Source: Sedimentisphaerales bacterium (GTDB lineage: Bacteria; Planctomycetota; Phycisphaerae; Sedimentisphaerales; SM23-30). From it: DNA of 64,000 nt. Both the position numbers and the translations under genes were made by a program. The notes beneath the pieces are model-generated. The model worked only from the letters and a program-made list of their open reading frames with translations. It made no database searches and was not told the origin of the DNA. Shown here piece by piece: positions 12,115 to 21,998 of the stretch (within the stretch, counting starts at the first letter, position 1; every line of letters begins with the position of its first letter). Location: contig CAXXMR010000020.1 in assembly GCA_963663805.2 (NCBI GenBank), positions 192,001 through 256,000 of the forward strand, given 5' to 3'.

Positions 12115-13776
12115 ATGGTTTGCCATAACGAAGAATTATTTTGCCGTACTTATGAAATCTATTATGGTTATTTTATTGATGAAGATGTGCCAGAGGAGGT
12201 GCCATACGAAGCCTGGGAACATATTCAAAAATGTAGTCGTTGCCAGCAGAAGATTGACGAGCTGAAGAGATTAGCTAGTGCACCAGAGGCTGGAAGCAAT
12301 GATGATTTCCTTCTTGGGACTTTAGCGTTACACTTTTCCTGTGCTAATAAACCTATCACCTGCCAAGATGTTAAACCCTTTCTGCCGTGCTTTGCAATCC
12401 CGCAAAGTGAATTAGGTATACCAACCCCAGTTACTATTCACATTGACAAATGCTCTGGATGCAGCTCTATAATTGAACAATTATCAGAATGGCAATTATC
12501 AAACGATCAATATTCTCGATTATCTCGTTTTTTTTCGGATAAAGCTGATGAGAATGCTGTAATTTGTTTTCAAGCCCAACAGCAAATACATAAAATTGCC
12601 AAACTTGATTTTGTCCATATAAACATTGAGTTAATAAATCATATTTGCCTATGCCCAATCTGCAGACAAATACTTTGTCAGGAAAGGCAAAAGATGATTC
12701 AAAACCCATCCGTTGATCATTTAGATAAATCCTTTCCTTGCCATAAAGTATTGCCAAAAGATTTGTTTGATTATGTTTTGCCGTATGGTTTGTGTTTTTC
12801 CGATGACGACAAGGCGGCATTTCGAGATTCTTTGGTTGTGCATTTGAGAGAATGCCCAAAGTGCCTTGGCAAAATACAAGATCTGCATAAGGTCATATTT
12901 AACATGAAAGAAGCCGATTCTGGCATCGTCACCTTATATGAATTGCAGGAAAACAATATTGATAGTCCGGCAGGAGATTTAAAAACAAGTGTTTCAAATA
13001 GATCTATTGACAATAATGCTATTTCCAAGCGACATGGCATAGATATTATACGTCGCCATCCTAAAAGCACACCTCTCCCTAATCGCGATCGGCCTTCTGT
13101 AAGAAGTTTCAAAACCATAATTAAACCACTGGTTGCAGCAGCGGTCTTTTTAATAATTTTGGCAATGTTCAATCAACTAATCGATCCTGCCTATGGATTT
13201 GACAGGATTTGGCAAGCACTTTCGACAGTCAATAATATTCACATAATGCAGTTCCAGGGCAAATCACCCAATAATCTTTATCAAGAAGAATGGATTTCTA
13301 AAGAGAAAAATATTTACATCAAGCAAGAAAAAAGCAAAATAACGTTAATTGATATAAATCAGCAAACCATATCAATCAATAAAATAGGTGGCGATCAAAT
13401 TGAGAGCATGTCCATTTCGGATAGAGATGCCGGAAATCTAAAAAAAATGATGCAAGCTAACATTTTGAAATTATTACCTTTTGAGCAAATTGCGGATATT
13501 CCTGAAAATGCCAAGTGGAATAGGCTCGATACCGTTGAGGCTGACCCTGATATAGAAGTCTACGAAATGACCTGGGTAGATAACAGTCGAAACTCTACCC
13601 ATGCCATTAAAAAGTGGCGCTGCTATGTTGACACAGAAAGCAAGTTACTAAGAAAAAGCGAGTGGTCTGTCAAGTTTGCAAATCAAGAAGAATTTACCCT
13701 ACAGCTAACCAAAGTTGCAAAATATCTCACTAATGAAGAATTCGATTTGGTGACAAAACCAAATTTCTTAAGATAG
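12115..13776 (+). CDS. Putative transmembrane anti-sigma factor with four zinc-binding (ZAS-like) repeats and a periplasmic domain
   Basis: HIQKCSRC, HIDKCSGC, HICLCPIC, HLRECPKC; TM segment PLVAAAVFLIILAMF; starts 3 nt after the ECF gene. Confidence 0.75.
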   Translation: MVCHNEELFCRTYEIYYGYFIDEDVPEEVPYEAWEHIQKCSRCQQKIDELKRLASAPEAGSNDDFLLGTLALHFSCANKPITCQDVKPFLPCFAIPQSELGIPTPVTIHIDKCSGCSSIIEQLSEWQLSNDQYSRLSRFFSDKADENAVICFQAQQQIHKIAKLDFVHINIELINHICLCPICRQILCQERQKMIQNPSVDHLDKSFPCHKVLPKDLFDYVLPYGLCFSDDDKAAFRDSLVVHLRECPKCLGKIQDLHKVIFNMKEADSGIVTLYELQENNIDSPAGDLKTSVSNRSIDNNAISKRHGIDIIRRHPKSTPLPNRDRPSVRSFKTIIKPLVAAAVFLIILAMFNQLIDPAYGFDRIWQALSTVNNIHIMQFQGKSPNNLYQEEWISKEKNIYIKQEKSKITLIDINQQTISINKIGGDQIESMSISDRDAGNLKKMMQANILKLLPFEQIADIPENAKWNRLDTVEADPDIEVYEMTWVDNSRNSTHAIKKWRCYVDTESKLLRKSEWSVKFANQEEFTLQLTKVAKYLTNEEFDLVTKPNFLR

Positions 13777-13778
13777 TG

Positions 13779-14639
13779 CTATTCAGTACACCATCCTGGC
13801 CTTAGATTAAGGTATTGGTTGTTTTCAAAAAGTACTAAGAACTTTTCACTGGGTTCTCTTTGCACGTGGCCGTCAACATATCCGGTATTTACAGTTTTTG
13901 CCATATGGCGACCTTTTGTGGCATCTTCCCTTTGGCCATTCCATATGTTTTTAGATGAGTTGATCGAGAGACCAGGCAGGTAATTCATATCTGCAAGTGT
14001 ATTTTGGAGTGGCCTGGGGGGATGTAGAGTGACATGCCACCAGTTAATAATGCTATAGCCGCTATCTACTATCAGGAAAACAGAAGAGGGCTGAGGAATT
14101 TTAGACATGACTTTGGAATTGCCTGTAAACTCAAGAAGGCTTTTTTTTAATGGCAAACTTTTGCACACTGACTGATTTACACCATAATTACCCCACAAAA
14201 TATTTTCATCAATATCAAATTTGTGTTTTACTTGCCTTGAGGGGCAACGTAATATACTATTTGAAGTGAAATTTGTTCCAATTTCTTTAGACAAAAACTG
14301 AAACCACCACCAACCCTGATAATCGTAACTTGCACTCCCTATGTAACCTCCAGGGGGTTCGCTAGCATTAGCTGACACATAAATCGAAGGTGGATAATAT
14401 CTGTTATCAAGCGTGTATAAATCTAAAGAAAAGATTAATTGCTTTACGTTAGCAGCACAAGCAACTGCCTGAGCATTCTTACGAGCCGAAGCTAACGCCG
14501 GCAACAAAATAACAACAAGCAAAGCAATAACAGCAATTACTACCATTAATTCAACTAAAGTAAAAGCATTGTCCCTTTTATGCCAGGTCTTACGTAAACC
14601 TAAAATTTCCGAGCAAAAACTTTCCAGAGCATTATACAT
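13779..14639 (-). CDS. Prepilin-type N-methylation / H-X9-DG (DUF1559-like) protein
   Basis: AFTLVELMVVIAVIALLVVILLPAL; LRCPS; RHMAKTVNTGYVDGHV. Confidence 0.9.
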   Translation of the reverse strand: MYNALESFCSEILGLRKTWHKRDNAFTLVELMVVIAVIALLVVILLPALASARKNAQAVACAANVKQLIFSLDLYTLDNRYYPPSIYVSANASEPPGGYIGSASYDYQGWWWFQFLSKEIGTNFTSNSILRCPSRQVKHKFDIDENILWGNYGVNQSVCKSLPLKKSLLEFTGNSKVMSKIPQPSSVFLIVDSGYSIINWWHVTLHPPRPLQNTLADMNYLPGLSINSSKNIWNGQREDATKGRHMAKTVNTGYVDGHVQREPSEKFLVLFENNQYLNLRPGWCTE

Positions 14640-14941
14640 TTTATTCGTTAGGTTTTTTTATAGCTTTTTCGGTACGCCAAGACAGAACAACCAAATCCCA
14701 TCAACAAAATGGATACCGGTTCAGGAGTCTGGTTAATGGTAATTGTGTATTGTGGGTCGTACATACTCATGCTGTGATCATAAAAATCAATACCGACCGG
14801 TCCTGCCTTTTGAGCGATATAATCAAGAAACAAACCAGTTTCCAATAACAGGGGATCTTCCCGTGTACAAATCGAAACCATCAATCTCAGAGTCTTCCCA
14901 GTCATACACAGTTGCGTCTTCCCCTGCACTATTGAGGAAAT

Positions 14942-15146
14942 GAACGGAAACGGCATTGGAAAAGTTGGCTGTGTTACGCCGGCGAATTGGGCGATTCAAA
15001 ACCTTGCGACAGACTCTTAAGAAATTGTTCACCCCCAATATCGAAAAGGCGTTGACCTTCCTTGATGATTCACAACTGCCGTCAACGTCCAACGCGGTTG
15101 AACGGGGCTATCGCCGCCATCGAAAAATGCAGAAGAGTGTCTATCG
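14942..15146 (+). repeat. 205-bp copy of internal transposase sequence 8187-8391
   Basis: Direct sequence identity; no IS ends. Confidence 0.92.
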
Positions 15147-15389
15147 GGCCGCGTGGCATAGAGCTCCCCCAATAGTTCGTCTTCCGAAGAAATCACTAAG
15201 CTACCACCCCAACTCAGATTCTGGTCACCGGAAACCTTAAAAACCAACTGCGTGAGAGCCTGTCCAGTCACCAAAATACTGCGGGCCGCGTGCATAGAGC
15301 TCCCCCAATAGTTCGTCTTCCGAAGAAATCACTAAGCTACCACCCCAACTCAGATTCTGGTCACCGGAAACCTTAAAAACCAACTGCGT
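15145..15389 (+). repeat. Direct duplication 15145-15253 / 15282-15389
   Basis: Identical except for one extra G. Confidence 0.92.
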
Positions 15390-15820
15390 ACCCGACAAGA
15401 TGGGTCTATAGTCAAAAATGCTCTCGCCATCAGCCTCATAAACAGTAACTGTTACTTCCGCCCGAGCAACCGCCAATAAAGTCCCAAATAAAATTAAGAT
15501 AAAAACCGACCGCATCGCCTCTCCTCTCTCTATCCCAAAAAAAACACAGGCAACATGTTACGGATAGTTATATTAACTCACAGTCGGGAAAAATTCAAGT
15601 AAGTTTTTTTGACCAATGGCACATCATTAAGTATTGTAAATAAACGAGATACAAGATTATCGGCTCTCAGTGGTACGGTCCGCAGACATTTTCCGCCCCA
15701 AGCCCCATAGTTTACAGGGGTTTGGGGCTTAATCCGCGAGTTTAGTTGAGCTCTTCAGTTGCTGGAAAAATCTGGATAATGTCATCAATTCAAACTTTTT
15801 GTGCTACATTCCGACCTCAC

Positions 15821-17653
15821 TCACATACAGGCTCTCATGGTAAGGGTTGTCCAATTACCGGTTATGGTACAATTCGGGTAATTGAGAAGGTCATCTATAC
15901 ACATTGAATATATGAGACGCGGCAGTATCTGGCCCGAACAGCTGCCAGAGGTGTCACAGATACATCCCCACCTTTCATAGAAGTAATCATAGGTCCCTTC
16001 GCAACTCGAAATACAATAGAAGATTTCCTCTGGTTGTAGTAGATTGGAACAGGAATAAAAACCGGTTTCGCATGCAGCGCCTCGTATCGCCTGCTGCTGA
16101 GCAAGGTCCAATACCTGAGTTGTGTCAGGAAGAGCAAGCGGTTGGGACGATATAATCAAGGCTGTCCCCTCTGTCCAGTCGAAGTCAAACTGGTTAAGTT
16201 TTGTGCGATAATAAAACTTGTTTTTAGCCAAATCAATCAGTCGAATATAATCGTCATCAATATTGCCAACCACTACAAAATGATTGTTGCCGGGTATATG
16301 AAGTATGATTTTGTAATGTGACAAAGTTTTCAGTGTTTCAATATCAGTATTAACCGCTTGCGTATAAAGTCCCAAGCTGTTGGCAAATTGCCCCAAATGA
16401 TATAAACTGGTAGTGCTATCCGAGGAACTGATAATTGAGGACAATTGTGAATCATTTACCGTTACCCCCATCTTAGGGGCAATATATTTCATCGCGAGTG
16501 TCGCACAATTTTGAGTTGAAGTTGTTTCACTTGCCGCCAAACGAATTGCCAAAAGTTCTTCGGAATCTATTCCATCGCCTTCTTCAGTCTGGCTGGATTT
16601 TAAATACATCAAAGCCTTTTGCCTATTGGGAACATAGTGCTCAATAAGAGCATCTTCGGCCATATCTACAGTCATAGCTTTTTCATCGGGAATGGATGTG
16701 TCAATCAAAGTAAAACGCCAGATGTCACTTGAGACAAGGCGTGGAGAAGACCATTTGCCATCATATTTTTCCATGGCAATTTCACTGGGGATCCAGCTGT
16801 TGCCGAATAGTTTGTAGTCATAATACTGCCATGTATGCGTAGTATTATTGGGCAGGGAGATGGTGCAGGATTCTGTCGCATAATTTTTGTCTGCAGCAAG
16901 AGTGAAGCAGTATTCATTTCCATAAGAAAAAGTTATTTTCAAATTCACTTTCATTTGAGAGTCAATTTCGCTTTCCATGCCAGAAATTTCGGCCGAGTCA
17001 ATAAGATTATCGTAGCTGAAATTACCGCTTCCCCAATGAATAAAACCTGCGGTTAGTGCACTTTGAATATTCGTTGGATCGTTGTTAACTCTTGACGATT
17101 CGCTGATGGTAGCGTACTTCGTCGAATTGGAATACCTGGTATATCTATTTCCATCCCAAACGGTAACTCTGTTTGCATTCCACTCTAAGTTAAAGTGATC
17201 ATACATAAATGTATGACCCAGTGGCGGTCTAATAGTATCAGTACGATTTAGAACATCAATCTGCTTATAATACTTCAAGCCATTGACGTGAATGATAACT
17301 TTGGTGGTCATGGTGTATTCATTACTGATTCGATATCGAACGTTAAATGGCATCGCCTCAAGTTTCATAGCCTGCAAATCAGGGTCAATTTCTGGCTTAT
17401 AATTACTTGCTATATACTTCTCTTTAGCCTGTTCAATTTTTTGTAAAATCTGAGATTCATCAGTAATTTGGGGGGCGCAATATTCTTCGTGGACAGCAAC
17501 AATGGTGCCATTTTCAATCCAGCCCCTAGCAGGATTGTTACATAATTGCTTAAGAATTGCCTTTATCTCCGAGTCGGACAAACTCCTATCAGCAACAGCC
17601 AAGGTTTGCATAATTGACAATATGAGGATAAAAAAATACATTTTCGCCTTCAT
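15821..17653 (-). CDS. Secreted protein: signal peptide + unknown N-domain + C39-like peptidase + double-glycine-type leader + 10-Cys C-terminal peptide
   Basis: QNC383ATLA, SLYHL..FANSLGL, NH458FVVV, LID474; then LDLAQQQAIRGA|ACETG... Confidence 0.75.
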   Translation of the reverse strand: MKAKMYFFILILSIMQTLAVADRSLSDSEIKAILKQLCNNPARGWIENGTIVAVHEEYCAPQITDESQILQKIEQAKEKYIASNYKPEIDPDLQAMKLEAMPFNVRYRISNEYTMTTKVIIHVNGLKYYKQIDVLNRTDTIRPPLGHTFMYDHFNLEWNANRVTVWDGNRYTRYSNSTKYATISESSRVNNDPTNIQSALTAGFIHWGSGNFSYDNLIDSAEISGMESEIDSQMKVNLKITFSYGNEYCFTLAADKNYATESCTISLPNNTTHTWQYYDYKLFGNSWIPSEIAMEKYDGKWSSPRLVSSDIWRFTLIDTSIPDEKAMTVDMAEDALIEHYVPNRQKALMYLKSSQTEEGDGIDSEELLAIRLAASETTSTQNCATLAMKYIAPKMGVTVNDSQLSSIISSSDSTTSLYHLGQFANSLGLYTQAVNTDIETLKTLSHYKIILHIPGNNHFVVVGNIDDDYIRLIDLAKNKFYYRTKLNQFDFDWTEGTALIISSQPLALPDTTQVLDLAQQQAIRGAACETGFYSCSNLLQPEEIFYCISSCEGTYDYFYERWGCICDTSGSCSGQILPRLIYSMCIDDLLNYPNCTITGNWTTLTMRACM

Positions 17654-18030
17654 AACACCTACTCCATATCGAAGTTACCATGAGCGAGCCCTTCCATAAG
17701 AACCCTTGTACATAAGATGTCGTTCCTGGAGGTGCCAAAGTTGATAAAAAAAATATTTTTCTATAAACTATCTATCTTTGGGGCATTATGGCAATGGCAG
17801 GCCATTTGTGATTGGCCAACTCCAATTATAGGCCTAAAAATATTAATCCTATCGAAATGCAAAAATATTGTTAGATTGGGTAAAATAAGATTTCTTGAGA
17901 CAAATAAAAAATATTGATAAGAAAGGATTGTTTATATATCATCGAGAAGGTTTTTGGCGTTAGTTAGCATTTTTAGTTCCAAATCGCTGGTGATTGTCTA
18001 TCGTTACTTTTTAAGAATAAGGGTGTTACA

Positions 18031-19026
18031 ATGAATAAGGTTGACCGGCTGCAAAGAATATTGAGGTTGCTTGGGCTGCTGCAGTCAGATTTACCTCTTG
18101 GCCCGCATGATCTCGCCAGAAAATTGAATGTTTCAGCCCGCACAATATACCGCGACTTAAAACTCTTGCAACATGCCGGATATGATTTTATTTATGATGA
18201 TAATCTTCAGAAATATGTAGCCTATAGTACTACTCCTCATCTTAAATTAGAAACCGAGGATATGAAGTCGCTGATGTTGGCGGCTAATCATTTGAGTCCG
18301 GAATCCGGTTCTTTAGCAAGCCGTGCCATTGAAGCTGTTGGTAAAATAATGCAATGGCTCCCGCAGAAAATTCAGCAGCAATGTACTTATTTTGCCAGCA
18401 ATTTTTCCATATCTGAATATCCCCAAATTAATACTAATCATCAAAAACTGTTTAACGATTTGCAAGAAGCTCTCGAAAAACGTCTGCGTACCAAAATCAA
18501 ATATACTGTCAAAAATTCGACCATCCAGCAAACTACAATTCTATCTCCTTACCATCTTAGAATGGGAGAACTAGGCTGGCAGATAATCGGTTATTCAACC
18601 CTACATCATAAAGTGATTAATTTGTCCGCTCCACAAATTGGAACAGTAGAGTTGTTGGCTGAAAGATATGTCATACCTTCAACCTTCAATATCCAGGACC
18701 TTTTCAAATTTGCTTGGTCGGCCAATCCTGAAGGGCAACTTTATCAGGTTAGTCTAAGATTTCAGCCTGCTGCCTCATATCGTGTTTTAAATGTCCGTTG
18801 GCATTCTACCCAAAAAATTACTATTGATGAGAATGGTTATATTAATTTCGAAGTTAAGGTGGACGGGTTGCAGGAGATAGTCTGGTGGATTATTGGTTTT
18901 GGAGACTTGGTTGAAGTGCTGGAACCAGCGACTTTACGCCACCGGGTTGCTGATATCACGGGCAATATGTACTCCCTTTATCATAATAAGGCTTCAAGAT
19001 GTGGCACTACAGAGAACGCAGTGTAG
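18031..19026 (+). CDS. WYL-domain transcriptional regulator (HTH-WYL-WCX; YafY/PafBC-like)
   Basis: LARKLNVSARTIYRDLKLL, SPYHL..WQIIGY, WIIGFGDLVEVLEPATLR. Confidence 0.92.
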   Translation: MNKVDRLQRILRLLGLLQSDLPLGPHDLARKLNVSARTIYRDLKLLQHAGYDFIYDDNLQKYVAYSTTPHLKLETEDMKSLMLAANHLSPESGSLASRAIEAVGKIMQWLPQKIQQQCTYFASNFSISEYPQINTNHQKLFNDLQEALEKRLRTKIKYTVKNSTIQQTTILSPYHLRMGELGWQIIGYSTLHHKVINLSAPQIGTVELLAERYVIPSTFNIQDLFKFAWSANPEGQLYQVSLRFQPAASYRVLNVRWHSTQKITIDENGYINFEVKVDGLQEIVWWIIGFGDLVEVLEPATLRHRVADITGNMYSLYHNKASRCGTTENAV

Positions 19027-19147
19027 TTGTCAAGCAAGCGTGATACCGCTTTAAAGCGGCTGAAATTCGAAAATTTTGCTCTTTGAAAAGTGGTTCCCAA
19101 ATCAAACTAATGTGAACAAGCCGGACAGTTACGCCAGGCCAAAGGCT
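19022..19147 (+). mobile_element. Relic rve-element end plus ~55 nt of a degenerate group II intron 5' end
   Basis: Homologous to the reverse complements of 31388-31261 and 42390-42320. Confidence 0.75.
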
Positions 19148-19191
19148 GTGTAAAGGATTTAAATGATAAAATCCCATTGCAAATCACCAGC

Positions 19192-20360
19192 TGTAAACGT
19201 CGGTTGAAAAGTGCGTCGGTGGGCGGTTGAAAACCGCGGCACCTAGGTTGTATATAGCCCATACTCTACGGGCTGTCAAATATTGTTATGGGACTTTATC
19301 CTGGCCTGCGGCGGTTCTTAGCTTCTCTGAGCCGATAGCTTTGGCCATTGGCTTCCAGGATATGTACTCGATGGGTCAGGCGGTCCAGCAGGGCTCCGGT
19401 TAAGCGTTCGTTGCCCATCACCTCGGCCCAGTTCTCGAACGGCAGGTTCGTCGTGACGATCAAACTGGAGCGTTCATAAGCTCTGCTGATCACCTCGAAC
19501 AGCAGTTCCGCCCCGACCTTCGTAAAAGGCACATAGCCCAGTTCGTCCAGCACCAGCAAATGCTGCTTCTCCAATTGTTTCTGCAAGCGTTCCAGCATTC
19601 GCTGTTCGCGTTTTTCTAATAGCTGTGTCACCAGATTCGTCACCGAATAAAACTTCACCTTCTTGCCCGCTGCGCACGCGGCATAAGCGATGGCGATTGC
19701 CAAATGCGTTTTGCCGGTTCCGCTGTTGCCCATCAGTAAAATATTTTCCTTCTTATCGATAAATTCGCCGCGTAATAATTCTTTCACCAGAGCTTCATTA
19801 ATCGTCGGCTGAGCCTTAAAGTGAAAACTCTCTATCGTTTTTATTATCGGGAACCCGGCCGATTTAATTCTGCACTGGGCGGCGCGTTGTTCTCTTTCGA
19901 TCAGCTCACGTTCGAGAAGTCGCAAAAGGAATGTTTCAAAATCGACATTATCCTTAGCACAGGCTGCCGCAACTGTTTTATACTCTCTTAATATCGTCGG
20001 CATCTTCAAAGTTTTCAGGTGATGCTCCAGTAGAACCGAAGGCGTTTTCGAACTCATATCGTCACCGCCTTTCCGGTTAGTTCATTGTAAACATCAAGTT
20101 TCGCGGGATACACTGTAACGCCTGCTAAATGTTCCCGGCCGGCCAATGAGAACAGTTCAATCGTCGGAGACTCATAATCCAGACAATACTGTTTAATAAT
20201 ATCTGAGTAGGGATTACGATAGCGCAGGGCCTGCTCGATGGCTTTGGTTAACCTTTTGAGAGAATATTTTTCCAGCAGACATAAAATGGAAATATACTCT
20301 TTGGTTCCCTGGTGCTTTTCGTCCGCTTCAGATTCCAGACGTTTACGTAATACCTCAAAA
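19192..20360 (-). mobile_element. IS21 right portion (IRR, istB, 3' istA remnant 20054-20360)
   Basis: Terminal TGTAAACG with internal repeats; istA tail LAGREHL..LDVYNEL. Confidence 0.85.
19296..20057 (-). CDS. istB: IS21 helper ATPase IstB
   Basis: GNSGTGKTHL, LDELGY, TTNLPF, LLDRLTH. Confidence 0.95.
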   Translation of the reverse strand: MSSKTPSVLLEHHLKTLKMPTILREYKTVAAACAKDNVDFETFLLRLLERELIEREQRAAQCRIKSAGFPIIKTIESFHFKAQPTINEALVKELLRGEFIDKKENILLMGNSGTGKTHLAIAIAYAACAAGKKVKFYSVTNLVTQLLEKREQRMLERLQKQLEKQHLLVLDELGYVPFTKVGAELLFEVISRAYERSSLIVTTNLPFENWAEVMGNERLTGALLDRLTHRVHILEANGQSYRLREAKNRRRPG

Positions 20361-21970
20361 TGTATTGGTTCAGCGTGAATTGGACAAATGGCTTCCACGA
20401 TTAACTCTTAAACTTGCCTTCGGCAAGAGGTTTTTAAAGGCATAAGAAGGCTCTGAATTGTCTGTGGAACGCCTCACACCTGGGGCGGCAGGTGTATAAC
20501 TGCCACCCCCACGACAATTCGTCGCCTTGGTCTGGCTATCCCTGGCAGGTTGCACCTCTGCAGAGCCTGCGTCCGTTTCGCCTACCAACGGTATTGTCCG
20601 GGCGTTCCCAATCTCTGTCAAGCGTCTTTTCACTACGACACCTTTCTCAGGGCTTTGCGGGCCTGACGGGCGGCATCGAGTTTGGCTTCCCGGGCGGCCA
20701 GAATCGTTTCGGCCCGGCCGGCAAGTTTATCGTTGGGCGTAATATATCCAATCGCACTGTGTAGCCGCTGGTCATTGTAATGCCTCACAAAATCAGCCAC
20801 CAGGCGACACGCATCATCCCGCGACAATGGCGTATGAACTCGAATACAGGTACCCTTGATCGTTTTGTGATAGCGTTCGAGTTTTCCGTTGCTCTGCGGA
20901 TAATACGGCGAGGTCTTGACATGTGTCATACCGCTGAGCCGAATAAACTCTTTGAAGTCCTTCGAGATAAACTGCGGGCCGTTGTCCGAGATTATCCGCG
21001 GTCGAGCCTCGGGGAATTTCTCACGGGCATGCTGAAGAATAATTTCCACCTCCGCCTCCGTCATCGACTCCTTGATATCCCAATGCACGAGGTATCGGCT
21101 AAAACCGTCCAGAATGGAACACATGTAGTAAAAGGTGCCGCAGATATTAATGTACGAAATGTCGATATGCCAGTGTCCATGCGGTTTTAAGGGCTGAGCG
21201 AAGCCACTGCCTTTTTTGGAGGGTTTGCCGTTGAAGCGTTGCAGCAAATCCGCCTTTGACAACACTCGATAAACGCTGGCAGGACTCACCGCGACAATAT
21301 CCTCATCCATCATCATATAAGTCAGCCGCCGATAGCCTTCCCGCGGATGATCCGCATGATAGGCGATGATCGACTGTGTTTCGACATCGGTGAGCCAGAA
21401 GTCACGAGGAATCCAGCCGTTGTGCTCGTTGACCTTGCCATAACGTTTCTGCCAGTCATAAAACTTGCTGCGAGAAATGCCCATCCAGTTTATCATTGTC
21501 GCGGCCTTCACTTCCGTTTTATCCGTCCATTTGCGCACATAATCAACGACTTCATCCCGAACATCCGGTTCCGCCCAGGCGTCTTTCAACCCGGACCATG
21601 CTTTTTTTTTAAGTCGATGTTATGCTCAACCAGCTCGGCGATGACCTCATCTTTTTTGACCAGCTTTTTGTCGAGTTTTTTGATCAGGTTTTCCAGTTCA
21701 TACTCCCGGCCGACCTTTTTGGGTTCAAAGGCCGTGGCTCCATTTTCAAAAAACAGCTTCTGCCACTGGTAAAACTGGGTCGGAGCGATGCCGTACTGCT
21801 GGCAAACCTCCGACAAAGGCCGCTTCTCCAGAAGATGCTCCCGAATAATCCTTACCTTCTCCACCGCCTCAAACCGCCTACGCTCCTGTTTCATAACAAA
21901 TCCCTTTCAAAAATATACATAAAGAATAGCAACTTTAAAGGATTTGTCCATTTCCAACTGAGGCAATACA
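20361..21970 (-). mobile_element. IS3-family element (orfA 21586-21894, orfB 20633-21589)
   Basis: IRs TGTATTGGTTCAGCGTGAATTGGACAAAT / TGTATTGCCTCAGTTGGAAATGGACAAAT; WHIDIS, SDNGPQF, PQSNGKLER; no TSD. Confidence 0.9.
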
Positions 21971-21998
21971 ATAGTATCTACAAATACTTAATCTGAGT

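Larger units (their letters stand above)
14648..15515 (-). pseudogene. Secreted PEP-CTERM protein disrupted by a ~312-bp composite insertion and a frameshift near 14825
   Basis: Signal peptide MRSVFILILFGTLLAVARA; GDWTGSH|FLNSAGED rejoin in frame; C-terminal TPEPVSILLMGFGCSVLAYRKSYKKT. Confidence 0.8.

Noticed and set aside
15145..15389. Duplication as a DGR TR/VR pair or CRISPR unit
   Set aside because: Only two copies, differing by one G indel; no adenine-specific mismatches and no spacers.
15697..15731. Hairpin AAGCCCCA..TGGGGCTT as a riboswitch or ncRNA
   Set aside because: No recognisable aptamer motif; may be a terminator or stability hairpin but cannot be supported further.
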